In this document: piece after piece, positions 1 through 12,850 of the stretch
Position numbering within the stretch: position 1 is the first letter of the stretch
Layout of the letters: each line of letters starts with the position of its first letter
Source: Folioceros fuciformis
Taxonomy: Eukaryota
Reading direction: 5' to 3'
Assembly (NCBI GenBank): GCA_049999805.1
Contig: JBNGIO010005744.1
Location: 32,804 to 81,790, forward strand
Length of the DNA stretch: 48,987 nucleotides
Notes under the pieces: generated by a model
Seen by the model: only the letters and a program-made list of their open reading frames with translations
Database searches by the model: none
Told to the model about the DNA's origin: nothing
Made by a program: the position numbers and the translations under genes

Positions 1-32
1 AGTACATTACGTTACTCTCCTGAGCTGCTGCG

Positions 33-52
33 CTGAGCTGAGCTGAGCTGAG
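33..52. repeat. (CTGAG)4 simple repeat in the GC-rich region upstream of the GRAS gene
   Basis: Read directly. Other SSRs nearby: (TGT)5 at ~424-438 and (CTG)6 at 696-713. Confidence 0.8.
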
Positions 53-1419
53 GTGCGTTGCCCGGCCCTGACCTCACCCGATGATTGGCAGGCACTGTGG
101 CAGGGTGCCGAGTCCGGGTGCCCCGCCAAGGGGAGAAACGACAATGTTCTGGAGGTGGGTTTTGGCACAGGCTGTAAACGCGGGGCAAGAGGAGGAGAGC
201 AAACGCACTGGGTCTCTCTCTTGGACGAGGCTGGCGGCCTGGGTGTGTCCGGACCCCGGCCTGTCCGTCTGCCTCGGTTCCGGACTCTGCCGTTGCTTTT
301 GCTTTGTTGGACAGGCGGCAGAAGAAGCAGCGGGGTGAGGTGACTTGCAGGGCGGTGGGATCCAGTCGACCGGGTGCAGAGCTGCCGACAGCACCAACCT
401 CTGCCTCCTGCTGTTGCTTCCGCTGTTGTTGTTGTTGTGGAGGCTTTTGCCTTGCACTTTCCAGGCCGTCTCCTCCTCTTCCTTCTGTACCGCTCCCGAG
501 AGAGAGCTCGCAGCTCGCGCCCCCAAACCGGTGCCTGCGCGCCCGCCCACCCGCGTTCATCTGAAAGCACCAAGAGAGAGACTGGAGCTCACGAACCTCT
601 CTGGCCCTGGGCTGGGCTGGCCTGGCCTGGCCTGCGTGAGTGAGCGAGCGAGCTTGTTTGACTCGCCTCTGTTTCTGTTCCTGCTCCCTCTCCCGCTGCT
701 GCTGCTGCTGCTGCCGCCTCTGCCCCACGAAGCTCCCCCTGCTCCTCCCCTCCCGCGCGGGCCCTTTTTATCTCCTTCGGTCGGCAGGGATTGCGGCTAA
801 GCTGCAGTTCAGTGCTGGGCTGTCTGGGGGAGCGGAGGCCCGCGGGCGGGAAGAAGGTTATACATAGCCTTGTGGGCAGGAGGAAAGCTTGTAGCAAGGA
901 AGGCATTTGAGTAAGCATGCTGGGATTCGGAGCTGCATGTGACGTGGTTGCGGGTGTTGAGTGATTGGACCTGCATGTGTGGGTGTTGTGACGGTACTGG
1001 GTGGTGCGAGCAGTACTTGCAAAACACACAATGCAGGCTCCACCTACTGCGAGGGCGGAGGTTGGTGGGAAGTGTCGAGCTGTCTTGCTTATGGAAAGTC
1101 AGCCCGAGTCTTCCTCACCTGCCTGTCTAGCATATTCCGTACCCAGATAGTGTTATGCTTTGGATTACCTTCTCTCCCGAGCCCCCACCCCTGCCCTCTG
1201 ATTTGGCTCCCCCCTCCTCTTTGACTGCCTCCTGCCATGGCCTGCACCTTCTGACCACCTTGCTTTAAAAGACTTCCTGCATACTGCTGGCCTCCGGTCC
1301 CTTGCGTCTCTTTGTCTTTTCTTCTCGTCTGTGTCGGCAGTGTCCGTGACTCCATCTCGCTTGCTTTCTGTCTGTGGTGCAGGTAGTTGTGGCGATCTGC
1401 TCTCCGTTTCCGGTTGTGG

Positions 1420-1757
1420 ATGCAAGGGAACGGCTGTGGTGTCGCCGGTAGATGAGCTCTGAGCTGACGCGGTGCTGGTGTAATAGGAGGAGTTAGGATC
1501 GCCCTTCGTCCTTTTTCTGGCTCGGACGTGCTGCTCGACTCACGGTTGATGGCAGTGCTGGAAAGACGGAGGACGGAGTGGGTGGGGGCTTTGCAGACCC
1601 TGTAATGAGTGCCATCCTGGGCTCGGCGCTAGAAGAAGTTTCTTGGGGCCTCTCCTTCTGCTGCTTCTTCGACGCCGCCTGCGGCCCTGTCCTCCTTGAA
1701 GAGGAGAGTTGCCTGGGCACAAAGCCACAGGCGTGTGAAATCGAGGGAAGCTGGTGA
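1420..1757 (+). promoter_or_regulatory. Four candidate uORFs in the presumed GRAS 5' leader, arranged as two start/stop-overlapping pairs
   Basis: 1420-1455 (11 aa) overlaps 1452-1496 (14 aa) via ATGA. 1549-1605 (18 aa) overlaps 1605-1757 (50 aa) via TAATG. All lie after a pyrimidine-rich TGCAG acceptor candidate at 1382. Confidence 0.45.
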
Positions 1758-1759
1758 AC

Positions 1760-3796
1760 ATGAGTGTGCAGTACCGGCCGGAGCTTGGAAGCATTAGCCT
1801 TATGCCCTGTTTTCCCTCGGACTCCATTTTCAACTCGGTGCGCCCATCGTCTTTCGCCGACTCTGGTGATAGTCACCAAGGCTCTTCTAGTGGAGGGCAG
1901 TCCAACTTTGGGGTTATGAAGTTTAGAACTCAGGGCTCACCTATATCTCCGCTTTCTCCTCAAGAATTATCCGAGATCTCCGATGCTGTGTGCCCAGGCA
2001 GATATAGCTCGCCATCTCTTGCTAGCAATATGTCAGGAAGAAGAGATCACAGGTACCTACAGGTGCCTTTCCTGCACCATGGTGATGTTGGGTACCATGG
2101 GAGCACGTCTGTTAACGGGGAAATGTCTGCGTACAGCACACCAGTCCACAGTTCCATGACGGTGGATAGTCATGTGGCGTATGGTAATCAGAGTCCCAGC
2201 CCCTACGGTACAATGCAGCTGGCTCAGGAGCACGCGAATCAGCGCTCTGCAAGCGTGGCGCAGATGTTGCAGAAGCTTGAGAGTGCATTGCTTGATGATG
2301 ATGACACTGGCTTCTCAGGTTCCATCTGTGAGGGTCAGGGATCTATTGTAGACCACACCCTTGCCTTCGACATCGACGAGATTCTCTACAGGGACTCCCC
2401 TCCTTCTCAGACCAACGTGGATGTTCCCGATGGCGGCTTTCTGTACAGGGGCTCTCCTCCTTCTGAGAACAATGTGGAAGCCTCTGATGGCAGCAGTGGA
2501 GGTGTAGTGCAGTATGCGCAGGAGCAGACCCCCCGCCCGGTTTCCAACAGCAATGTGGCAGCCACCACTCCTTCCAGCTCCGATGTCAGGCAGGCAGTTG
2601 CAGAGGACAATACAGCCGGTGTGGCTAAATCTCATGCTATGGGGGAGCTGCTGCCAAGCAAGGCTTTCTTCGGAAGAAACAAGCTGGAAGAACTGCTGGT
2701 GCAATGTGCTGAGGCTGTCTCTAACCATGATCTGGACGTGGCTCAGGACTTGATGAGCCAGCTCCATCAATCCGTCTCCATATATGGGGACCCCACGCAG
2801 CGGCTGGCAGCCTACATGATGGAAGGTCTGGTAGCTCGGTTGGCATCTTCGGGGAGGCGGTTCTACCACATTCTCAAGTGCAAAGAACCGCCCAGCTTGG
2901 ACATGCTCTCTGCCATGCAGATCATGTACGAAGTCTGCCCGTACTTCAAGTTTGGCTACATGGCAGCCAATGGGGCTATAGCGGAAGCTTTCAAGGATGA
3001 GAAGAAGGTGCATATCATAGACTTCCAGATCACCCAGGGAGTGCAGTGGTACACCCTCATCCAAGCTCTTGCGGGTAGGCCAGGGGGCCCTCCCCATGTT
3101 CGTCTCACTGGGGTGGATGATCCTCAGAGTCAGTACTCATCTGGCGCTCTTGAGAAGTTGGGGGAAAAGCTGGGCAGGCTTGCGAAGCTTGTTGGGGTTC
3201 CTTTCGAGTTCCATCCCATCGCAAAGCAGGTCCAAGACGTGCAGGCTTGGATGCTGGATCTAAGAGAAGGTGAGGCAATAGCCTGCAATTTTACCCTGGA
3301 GCTGCACCATGTGCCCGACGAGAGTGTGTGCACCACGAATCCTCGTGATAGGCTGCTGCGGATGGTGAAGAGCTTGAACCCCAAGGTGGTCACTGTGGTG
3401 GAGCAGGAACTCAACACCAACACTGCTCCTTTCTTCCCTCGCTTTCTCGAAGCTCTGAGCTACTACACAGCCATTTTCGAGTCCTTGGATGTGACCCTTC
3501 CTCGAGAAAGTAAAGATCGGGTCAGTGTGGAACAGCAATGCCTTGCCCGGGACATCGTAAATGTCATAGCCTGTGAAGGCTCTGAGCGGATAGAAAGACA
3601 CGAGGTGATCTGGAAATGGAGAGCAAGAATGACCATGGCAGGTTTCAAGCCTTACCCTTTGAGCTCCTATGTAAATAGTAACATTAAATCCTTGCTGGAG
3701 TCTTACTGTGACAAGTATCGATTGAAAGAAGAAGGTGGAGCTCTGTACTTGGGATGGTTGAACCGTGCCCTGATAACTGCTTCTGCCTGGCATTAG
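1760..3796 (+). CDS. GRAS transcription factor, PAT1/SCL1 subfamily, intronless CDS
   Basis: LHRI (LEELLVQCAEAVS), EVCPYFKFGYMAANGAIAEA, VHIIDFQI, PFYRE-like PFFPRFLEALSYY, C-terminal ASAWH. First ATG at 1760. Confidence 0.95.
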   Translation: MSVQYRPELGSISLMPCFPSDSIFNSVRPSSFADSGDSHQGSSSGGQSNFGVMKFRTQGSPISPLSPQELSEISDAVCPGRYSSPSLASNMSGRRDHRYLQVPFLHHGDVGYHGSTSVNGEMSAYSTPVHSSMTVDSHVAYGNQSPSPYGTMQLAQEHANQRSASVAQMLQKLESALLDDDDTGFSGSICEGQGSIVDHTLAFDIDEILYRDSPPSQTNVDVPDGGFLYRGSPPSENNVEASDGSSGGVVQYAQEQTPRPVSNSNVAATTPSSSDVRQAVAEDNTAGVAKSHAMGELLPSKAFFGRNKLEELLVQCAEAVSNHDLDVAQDLMSQLHQSVSIYGDPTQRLAAYMMEGLVARLASSGRRFYHILKCKEPPSLDMLSAMQIMYEVCPYFKFGYMAANGAIAEAFKDEKKVHIIDFQITQGVQWYTLIQALAGRPGGPPHVRLTGVDDPQSQYSSGALEKLGEKLGRLAKLVGVPFEFHPIAKQVQDVQAWMLDLREGEAIACNFTLELHHVPDESVCTTNPRDRLLRMVKSLNPKVVTVVEQELNTNTAPFFPRFLEALSYYTAIFESLDVTLPRESKDRVSVEQQCLARDIVNVIACEGSERIERHEVIWKWRARMTMAGFKPYPLSSYVNSNIKSLLESYCDKYRLKEEGGALYLGWLNRALITASAWH

Positions 3797-4183
3797 CACT
3801 TCAGCATTGTTCGCAGGTGAGATGCGTCCACACTCGAACGGGTCTAGTGGCCAAGTTGGAGTTCACTCGTGCTGCAACTTCTCGATTGAGATACCTGGCC
3901 TGGAGATGTGTAAACCTCTGAGTGTAAATGACATAGATAAGTGTTTCAAGGCCTGTAGGAAAGACAGATAGACGCTGTAGGGTGGGTCACTCCAGTACGG
4001 TAATCTGGCCTATGCTGTCTACCCACGGCCACAGATCACTTCTGCTCTTTACTTGCTTGATAGTCTCCTCGCTATCTGATAGTCGACGGAGTCGGAGAAA
4101 ACATGTCTCATATATGCAAGTATATTTAAATCAAAAGCTTGTTCCCACGGTCTGGGCACAAACAGCTCTTCAGTGGACCACTT

Positions 4184-6612
4184 TCAGGATTTCACGGCAG
4201 TCCTATGTCTTTGAGGACTAACATCAGACCGTTGCAATGGCGACTTCGCAAACCTCACGCGCTGCTGGACTCGCTGCTTGATGGCGGGAGACCGCAAGGC
4301 ACCTTCAGCTGTCGAACACATTACATACCGTATCAGGTCTCTTTGTATGCGGTGGGTGGACCTACCGTAACGACAATATAAGGCTAGCGAGCGGGTGGGG
4401 ATACCTTGCCACTCCCAGACAGTTCTGGACTCCCCTTTAATCAGCTTTGGATACTGATCGATACGGGAGTCTTCGTTCACCAAGCGCTCAACCTTTTACA
4501 AAAATCAGAGTACGACATGAGAAGTAAAGTACACAAGCCTGGGAGAAGGGAGTTTGCGTGTAGGAAACTGGGCCACAACTCGTACCTCACTCCACAGACG
4601 ACGATTCTTCCTCTCTTTGACCGACAATAAATGATCTCGGAGTCGAGATGCTACCACCCATGGCACATTTTCTCTACCATCTGCATTCAATGCCTTGTCC
4701 TCCAGCTCCTCACATACCTGGTCAATATAGATGGCAAGCTTGGTTCACACGCCCCACATCCTCCTGAACACAATTGATGAGCTCTGATGACTCACCTGAA
4801 CGTAGACTGCTAATGCCCGCGATGCAGTTCGCCGCCTCCGGATCAACTTCACGGTGATGGAGGAGCCCAAGGCAACCTAGGACGAATCACAAGAAAAAAT
4901 ACTTCCTGTATCAGCTCCCGCAGGTCACCAAGTGTTAGGCGTCAGAAAACCGTAAGAAGGCACACACCACCCTCTAAGTGACTGAATAAGTTGGCAACTA
5001 AGCTCAAACTCAACTGGACTCACCAACGGAGAAAGAGCTATGAGGTAAAGAATATTGCGCCAAATCCACTCCCTCAGCCAACAGTCAAAAGGTTTGTATC
5101 CCTCCACCAAGTCACTGGGACACTGGAGTTGCTCTACCCTGAGATAAAAGCATGGTTATGGAAAACATGATCAGACGTGACTGTATATCAAGGGGTTTCC
5201 TGCCAAAAGCATATAGTCTGTTCAGCTAGACACGAACGGGTTGCAGCCAAGGGTAATGATCACTTCTCCCAGCCGCGAAACCTGCTCCAAGAACAATACT
5301 AACCCAGACTTGGTTCGTGTGATCAGCACGTTCTTCATCTCATTGAAAGCTCGACTTTGGACTAGTGACAAGCTCTTCTCGTCCAGATCCATCTCCTGCT
5401 TCGTTATCTCTAACAGCTCATCTCTTGGAATCTGCACAACTACGGCTGTCACATTAGCATTGAAATCTTTCGAGCAGGAGGCTGGTTGGCTGTGTGGTGT
5501 AGGTGCTGCTATACTAGGCCCTCACTCACGTCTCCAGGCAACTATCGTCTCACACATATCCTGCATTTGGCTAACCTATTTGAAGGGAAGTCTTGCCTGT
5601 CCAAAGGATCACAATGCAACAATCAAGGGTCCAGTGTGGAGCCACACCCATGCGCTCCCAAATCCATCACAAAGGGCCTGGGCGTGCTGCTTGCAGACAA
5701 AGTCTTGAATGAAACCGACCTGCAGGCATGGTACACATGCTGCCAATAAGTCCTCTAACAGAACACAGTGAGCCATCGAGAGGTTCTTCAGCTCACAACC
5801 AAAGACTAACTACGAAAACTACGGTTGGAGAAGCAATCTACCAGCTTCTGAGCATTCCGGTCAATCTGAGAATCAGGAACACACAGCCTGCCCTGTCTCC
5901 TGTATCCTGGCAGACACTGCAGCTTTTGTTCTGAGCAAACGCCATACTCTGGGCACGGAATACATTCACCTGCATACATCAAATGTCAGAACCGCACGAC
6001 GAAAAGTTGGAGCGGATGAGCTGATCCATCATACCACCTTCAGTCAGCCGAAAACCTACCCCTCTCGTATGGAGTGCAGAAAGGCTTGAAAAAATCAGAG
6101 ATCCAGCCGATGACGGTAAACCCAACGGTCGCAACCGCTGCTGCAATCACTAGAATAGCCACAATCTGCAGAATCTGCTCCTTCAAAGGAAGAGCCTCAT
6201 CCCCCGAATTGATGCGACCATGGCTCTGTTGCTGCTTCTTCTGACGGCCTGACGGGGTCTCTTCCCTGTCTAGCATCCCTCGGCGTCTGCGTGAATGTGT
6301 GATTGGAGCTGGCGAACCACCCCGCAGCGCACCCTTCGCTGGAGTGGCACCGAGAATGGAAACAGATGAAATGTTAGATTTACGGCCTTCGCCCTTCAGC
6401 TTGTCTGGAGGCGGAGACAAACGTTTCTCGACGGGCTCGATTGCTCTGAACCTACGGCCCCTGCGGGTCAGGCCTGAAGTCCAGACAGCGTTTGCAGGAT
6501 CAAATCCGAGAATAGAGTGGGAATTTTTGCTTCTGCTTCGACTTGGTATGGATCTTGCCTGTCTGGTCATCTGGTAGCTAGAAATAGAATCTCCCACAAA
6601 CTTCTTTTTCAT
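4184..6612 (-). CDS. Inner nuclear membrane protein, MAN1/Src1-like (multi-exon)
   Basis: TM segment then KPFC; spliced Cys-rich lumenal ECIPCPEYGVCSEQKLQCLPGY; C-terminal VERLVNEDSRIDQYPKLIKGESRTVWEWQ; stop at 4184. Start is 6612 or 6570. Confidence 0.85.
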
Positions 6613-6906
6613 TGGAAGGTTGTTCACAACTGTACTGACAACTTATAGCACAGTTCAAATCGTTCTCGTACGGACGGGCGTGTATGATCTGTGCTGCTTC
6701 TCTATGGTCTGAGACGCTTTACAGAGAGCCTCTCTTACACCGTGGATTTCACGATTTGCTATCGCTGCAACGTCGCACGGGGTAGGTTTTAGGTCATCTG
6801 CACGGACGTTTAGGTCAGAGAGGAGCTCGACGTAGTCTGAGAAGTTGAGAACTTGATTTGCTCGAAACAGAAGAAGCTTTGATCCTGCCCGTAGTTCATC
6901 TTTGCA

Positions 6907-9219
6907 ATGGCGCGTACGAGAAGAGTAGGCTCCGAATTCTGCTTCCTGAGCTTGTCAATTCTTCCACAGTTCCAGCTCCCCTGGTGTGGTATATAGAGCG
7001 ATCCCCTCGCTACTGAACTACCGTATTCTGAGTCGGTATGTCGATCCTGCTGTGCAGAAAAAGAAGCGCACCCAGGACCCGCTTCGGAACACACAGGCTC
7101 CAAATCCGACTGACAAGACGGTCCCCAAAAGTTTTGTGTTGGCAAGGGGGAAGATTCCGCACCTTCTGAGGCAGCTGCGTCAGGACCTTCGGAAATTGAT
7201 GATGCCCAACACTGCATTGAACCTTAAAGTCCGTCGTCCTCTTTCTGACTCTCGTGTTGGATGGATGGTGTGCTGTACGACACCGCGTTGTGACACTTCG
7301 AATTTGACTGTCGTTACGGGTGGTTGCAGGAGTCAAACAAGAACAACTTGAAGGATTTTGTGCATGTGGCCGGTCCTCTAGGAGTGTCTCATTTTATGAT
7401 ACTGTCATGCACCAAAGAGGCACCGTATCTGCGGGTGGCAAGAGCTCCACATGGTCCCACGCTGACCTTCAAGATTCTTTCCTACTCGTTGGCTGCGGAT
7501 GTTGCAAAGGTTCAAATCAGGCCCAGGGCCCCTCCTGCCATTTTCAAGACCACGCCTCTGGTATGTGTCTCTTGGAATGAGGGTCGTTGCTGGAGTGTTG
7601 CCGATGTTGGTGGTGACGGAAGTATTATGTTGGAATCGGAAGACATAGTTTGCCTCCATGCTCAACTGTTGAGGTGGCCTACTCTTGTAGGTAGTGCTTA
7701 ATGGCTTTAAGTCGGAAGTGGAGCAGTTGAAGCTTGTTACCATCATGTTCCAGAACCTCTTCCCGCCTATTGATATTCGAACTGTAAACTCTCTGACCAA
7801 CACTGTATCAGAATCTTACAGAAGCTCTAAGGGTTTGTATTTGAACCCCTTTCTTACTAGATATTGGATGCAGGTCAAACTGGCAACCTGCCAGAGAGTG
7901 TTGCTTCTGAACTACGATGAGGAAAGGAGATGCATAGATTTCCGACACTATTCCATATCGGCTCAACCTGTGGGGGTGACTCGCACTGTCCGGAAACTTG
8001 TGCAGAGGAAATCTATTCCCAATCTGAGCGGGATGAGTGACATCAGTGAGTTTCTCACCAAGTAAGCTGTCTTTCTTTCCTCCTCTTGATGATTGTCCCC
8101 ATAGAGGATGGTGTCCCATGTGGTAACAGAACTGCACTCGGAGGTAGCTTCCAAGAAACTTGTCCTTTTGGGTCAGGGATTGAAGTATTATGGGGAGCAC
8201 AGTGATCGCGTTCTTTTAGTGTCACAAAGAGTACAATGCTCTTTTAGTGTCATGAAGAGTACAACGTCGTGGTTTATCGTAGAATAGTTGAAACCTGTGC
8301 AGGCCAGGATACGGCTCTGAGAGTGAGGCAGAAGATGAAGGAGCAAAAGTAATTCTCTCTGATCACTATGGAAAGGGAAATGTTCCTTCCAACAAAAGTG
8401 CAGTGAAGCTCCATGAGATTGGTCCTCGGATGACCCTTCAACTAGTCAAGGTGGAAGAGGGTCTTTGTGCAGGAGCAGTTATGTTTCATGAATATGGTAA
8501 GCCTCTTTCTCCTGCTGTGATGCACATGCTTGCCCCGGCATGACTGACTAATTTTGGTCCTGTATATTTTTTGTACACAGTCAAAAAGACTGCCGAAGAA
8601 ATCGCTGCACTCAGGGATGCTGTGGAGAAAAGGGAAGCTCTTCGCAAGCAGCGGAAGGCAGAGCAAGAGGCAAATGTGAAGCGAAAGGAGTAAGTTTCTC
8701 ATCTTTTTCGCTTGCTTCTGAAAATGTCGTGGAGCAAATGGTTGCGATCATGATGTGGCTGAACCATTTCACCTCAACACACAGATTGGAGAGGCAAAAG
8801 CGCAAAAGGAAGAAGCCAGAATATGACGAGACAGAAGAGAAGGATGCGGAGGAGGTTGATTCTCAAAACGAGGCCCAGAAAGTGGACGACGAGGAAGATG
8901 ACGATGCAGAATGGTACCGCAAGGAAGTTGGGAAGGAACCAGATGAAGGTAATCTGCAGCTTTCTGATGTGGGTTCTTGTCTTGACAAGTCGGGTCTGCT
9001 TGTTTTGATAGTTTTCACTTGTGCGCAGGTTTCATGGCTGGTGCAAGGCCAAGAGGAACCTTCTCAAATCGGTTCGGTACGAGAGGTAGGGGTGGGAGGG
9101 GTAGAGCTGGAAAGGATAGAGGTGGAAAGGATAGAGGTGGAAAGGGCAGGGAACTTGGAAGGGATGGCGACCGTAAGCGTCGAAGAGCTGATGATGGGCG
9201 GAAACGAACCACGCAGTAG
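6907..9219 (+). CDS. PPAN: Peter Pan-like (Ssf1/PPAN) Brix-domain ribosome biogenesis protein, multi-exon, RGG-rich tail
   Basis: VPKSFVLARGK, DLRKLMMPNTALNLK, NNLKDFVHVAGPLGVSHF, TIMFQNLFPPID, IDFRHYSI, LHEIGPRMTLQLVKVEEGL. GT-AG introns. Last exon RGRGGRGR..DRGGKDRGG. Confidence 0.92.
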
Positions 9220-9541
9220 GTAGATCTTTTTCAGTTTGTGATGAAGACCCGATCGGTATGCTTATTGGTTGTCGGTAACTAATTGTTGTATCATATTCGA
9301 GCAGTTTCATTTTTGTGCAATCACTTCGGAAAGGATCCAGCGTCGATCGTCCGTTCATTCGTTCAGACGTGACGAAACGAAAGTCTGTCCGCGAGAGACC
9401 ACGAAGTCTACATTTGCGATTCAAACAAGAAAAACGAAATGATTTGTTATCACTTGACCAAATAACATGTGGCCATTCCTAGTTTAATGTTCCCACACAT
9501 CTGCCAAAATTTCATCCAGCAACTGGAACTCCCTGCACCAA

Positions 9542-10415
<874 letters not shown>

Positions 10416-10522
10416 CTTGTCTTGGGCCTGCCAGGGACGCGAAGCCGCTGGAGATCTGGGGATGCACCGCACTACGCAGCTAAGAGCAGCAGAAAAGGAA
10501 TTCGACATATAGAGAGACGGCG

Positions 10523-10544
10523 TATATATAAGGAGAAACCCTAA
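10523..10544 (-). promoter_or_regulatory. RPS18-A promoter: TATA-like element and telo-box
   Basis: AAACCCTAA at 10536-10544 and TATATA at ~10523-10530. Telo-boxes are typical of plant ribosomal protein promoters. Confidence 0.65.
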
Positions 10545-11080
10545 CGGAGAGCAGCTGGCCCGTTAAGGGATAACCAACTTACACCCTCCTAATTCTGATT
10601 TAATAGGAGTGCCCCTCTAGCTGCCCATTATGTTCGAATTAGTTTTTTCTCTACTTTGAGGGTCCTTATAAGATTTCGTACATATTTTAAAAATCAGTTA
10701 AGTAAATAAGTAAATTTTAAATCGTACACATTTAAAAAATCAGCTAAATAAATAAGTAAATTTCAAATTGAATTTATTTATCATTATGCTTTTGCTATAT
10801 CGATTCGCCTAACTATATTTATTACCATCATAGGGCTTTGTGGGATTTTCTATCTTTTTTGGTAGATAATCGATCGTATTTTGTCTACACAGTGATTTTT
10901 CTTTTCTTAATCTTCTTTTTTTTAAACCTACATTTGATCGTATATAAGAAATCGGGATGCCATGAGAAGTTGCCGATGCTATGCCCTTTTCCACGCAATA
11001 AAAAAAAAAAAGCCTTCCTTTTACTTTGAGAAAAGGACTCACCCAAAGTCTATCTCCTTCTATAAATTCTACCGGATAAT

Positions 11081-12850
11081 GAACTATATGTGTGCTGCTC
11101 CGCGGCGTAAGCAAAGATCAGCTCTACCCTGAACAAAAAACAAAGTGATCTAAATGTAAGAGTCAGCAGCGATATTTTCATCAATCCGTTTTTTGGATCT
11201 GCGGTTTACTCTGCACTGGTGTATATCGAGTCTACTTTGAAATGGTAATAATGGAATTATATTTGCCTGACATTTCCGATTCCTTGTATGTGGGTCCACT
11301 CCTCGTTGCGGTCAGCCTCTCTTTCTATAAATACTACTATCTCAGCTAGTTTTACCAAGGTGTCTTGGCTGTTTGCAAGATGATTCAGGAATTCCCAAAG
11401 GTAAGTTCTATTTGGCGCAGGCAATTAGGGTAGGTGTCTAAACTAAAGGGCGTAGACCGCAAAAGTAGTTTTGCATGTAGCTGTAGGCATATGAAATAAA
11501 TTGGAAGATTAGTCTCTATTAGAGTAAGATTTAGCCCCTTTTCAAGTAGCAGCTTTCATAAAAGGAATAGGATATCTAGTCATTGCGCCTTTTGAGCACG
11601 GCTCTAGCTGGATGTAGTTCTGCCTGGGGTGATCTAAAGAGGTAGGTCATTTTACATGCTTAGGGCAAGCATGAAAGGATAAAGAGCCTAGCCCTCGCTG
11701 CTTTGGCACATCTATCATCTCCCACCAAATCTCAGCGTCCCTTGTATTGTCATGAAGTTGTTTGACAAGGTGCTCAGCCCTTGTGGAAGACTCTTCGCTT
11801 CATTTTCCGAACAGATAAGAAGCACTACAGAATCGTCGACGTAATGGACATAATCCATTTTGCGAAACGATGATCAAGAAAGTCATTGCTCAGTACACTT
11901 AGCGACCAGATCATAGTTGGTTGCATGTTTCCATTAAACCCCCCCTCCACCCACAGCTGCCGTTTGGATTTGATTGGTTAGCCACCTCTAACATGCAGGC
12001 ACGACCTGGCCTTTTGATCCTCCTCTGAAAGGATTGCTTCCTACTTCCAATTCATGGGTCTGTTTTGCATAAGTAAAAGTTAGACTTTAGGGCTTAGTTT
12101 TCGTGGCCTTGGGGTACTTTTAGCTAGGATTACCAAAGCGAAATTAGATTATCTTGCCCTTTGGATTAGACGGATCAAGTGCCGGTCCCTGCATTGCGGC
12201 TACTTGCTAATAAGTTCGATGAGCTTCCGATGGTAGATAGAGTCAAAGCACTTAGTTAGAGATGTTTATGGCCTAATTTGTTGAGTTGCTTTGCTTCTTT
12301 AGCGTTCTAAGGGCATTATGGCCATCTAGGTCAAACGCTAGCAGTCAAGAAAGATTGGTTCATAGATAGCTCGTAATAAAAGTCTCGTTGTCACACTATT
12401 TTGTCTCTGGGATCACATAAATAAGCTCTTTGCTACAACCTTAGGAAGGTGCACCTTACGTCTAGGTTTAAATTGGAGGGATTCAAGTCGACTCATGATA
12501 AGCTGTATGAAATCTAAGGATATCCTGCCGAGGCTGCCTCTTTTGAGGGAGTGAGTCCTATTTTCGTTCGAGGTTGGATTCTATCATCCATATGCCATGA
12601 TTAACCGTTTATCCGATAACAACAATCAATAAAGGTTAGAATGGATTCGGTTCCTGTTATCTTGATTTTCCTCAAACAATTAGTCAAGGTTTTTTGGTTT
12701 AGTGGCCTCAGTTCGAGGGGTGCAATACCCACATGTACTGAGTGCGCGTTGACCACAGAACTCTAGCCCTTTTCGTTGCTGACACAGTTTTATAAGGGCC
12801 TCTTAAACTGGAACCCTTTGATGGGTACTACGGCCATCATTACCTTAGCA
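11081..12850 (-). pseudogene. Decayed group II intron with RT/maturase ORF remnant (organelle-type, probable NUMT)
   Basis: Motifs in the correct order across frameshifts: RLIMAY (12607-12590), LGRISLDFIQ..QFKPRRKVHLPK (12532-12440), PRDKIV (12411), LLRAIYEPIFLDC (12379-12341), LTKCFDSIYHRKLIELISK (~12259-12203), VPQG..LSP..SNFYL (12117-12070), FRKMDYVHYVDD (YVDD 11843-11832). Possible domain V remnant at 11124-11081. Confidence 0.85.

Noticed and set aside
7-1130. Many overlapping ORFs with poly-Q/T/L/C tracts
   Set aside because: They arise from GC-rich simple repeats in the presumed GRAS promoter/leader and show no recognisable domain.
2315-3799. Long antisense ORFs over the GRAS gene (likewise over PPR and SCAI)
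   Set aside because: Shadow ORFs of real coding sequence.
12742-12746. GTGCG as a group II 5' splice site
   Set aside because: It is on the plus strand while the RT remnant is on the minus strand; no matching 5' end was identified.
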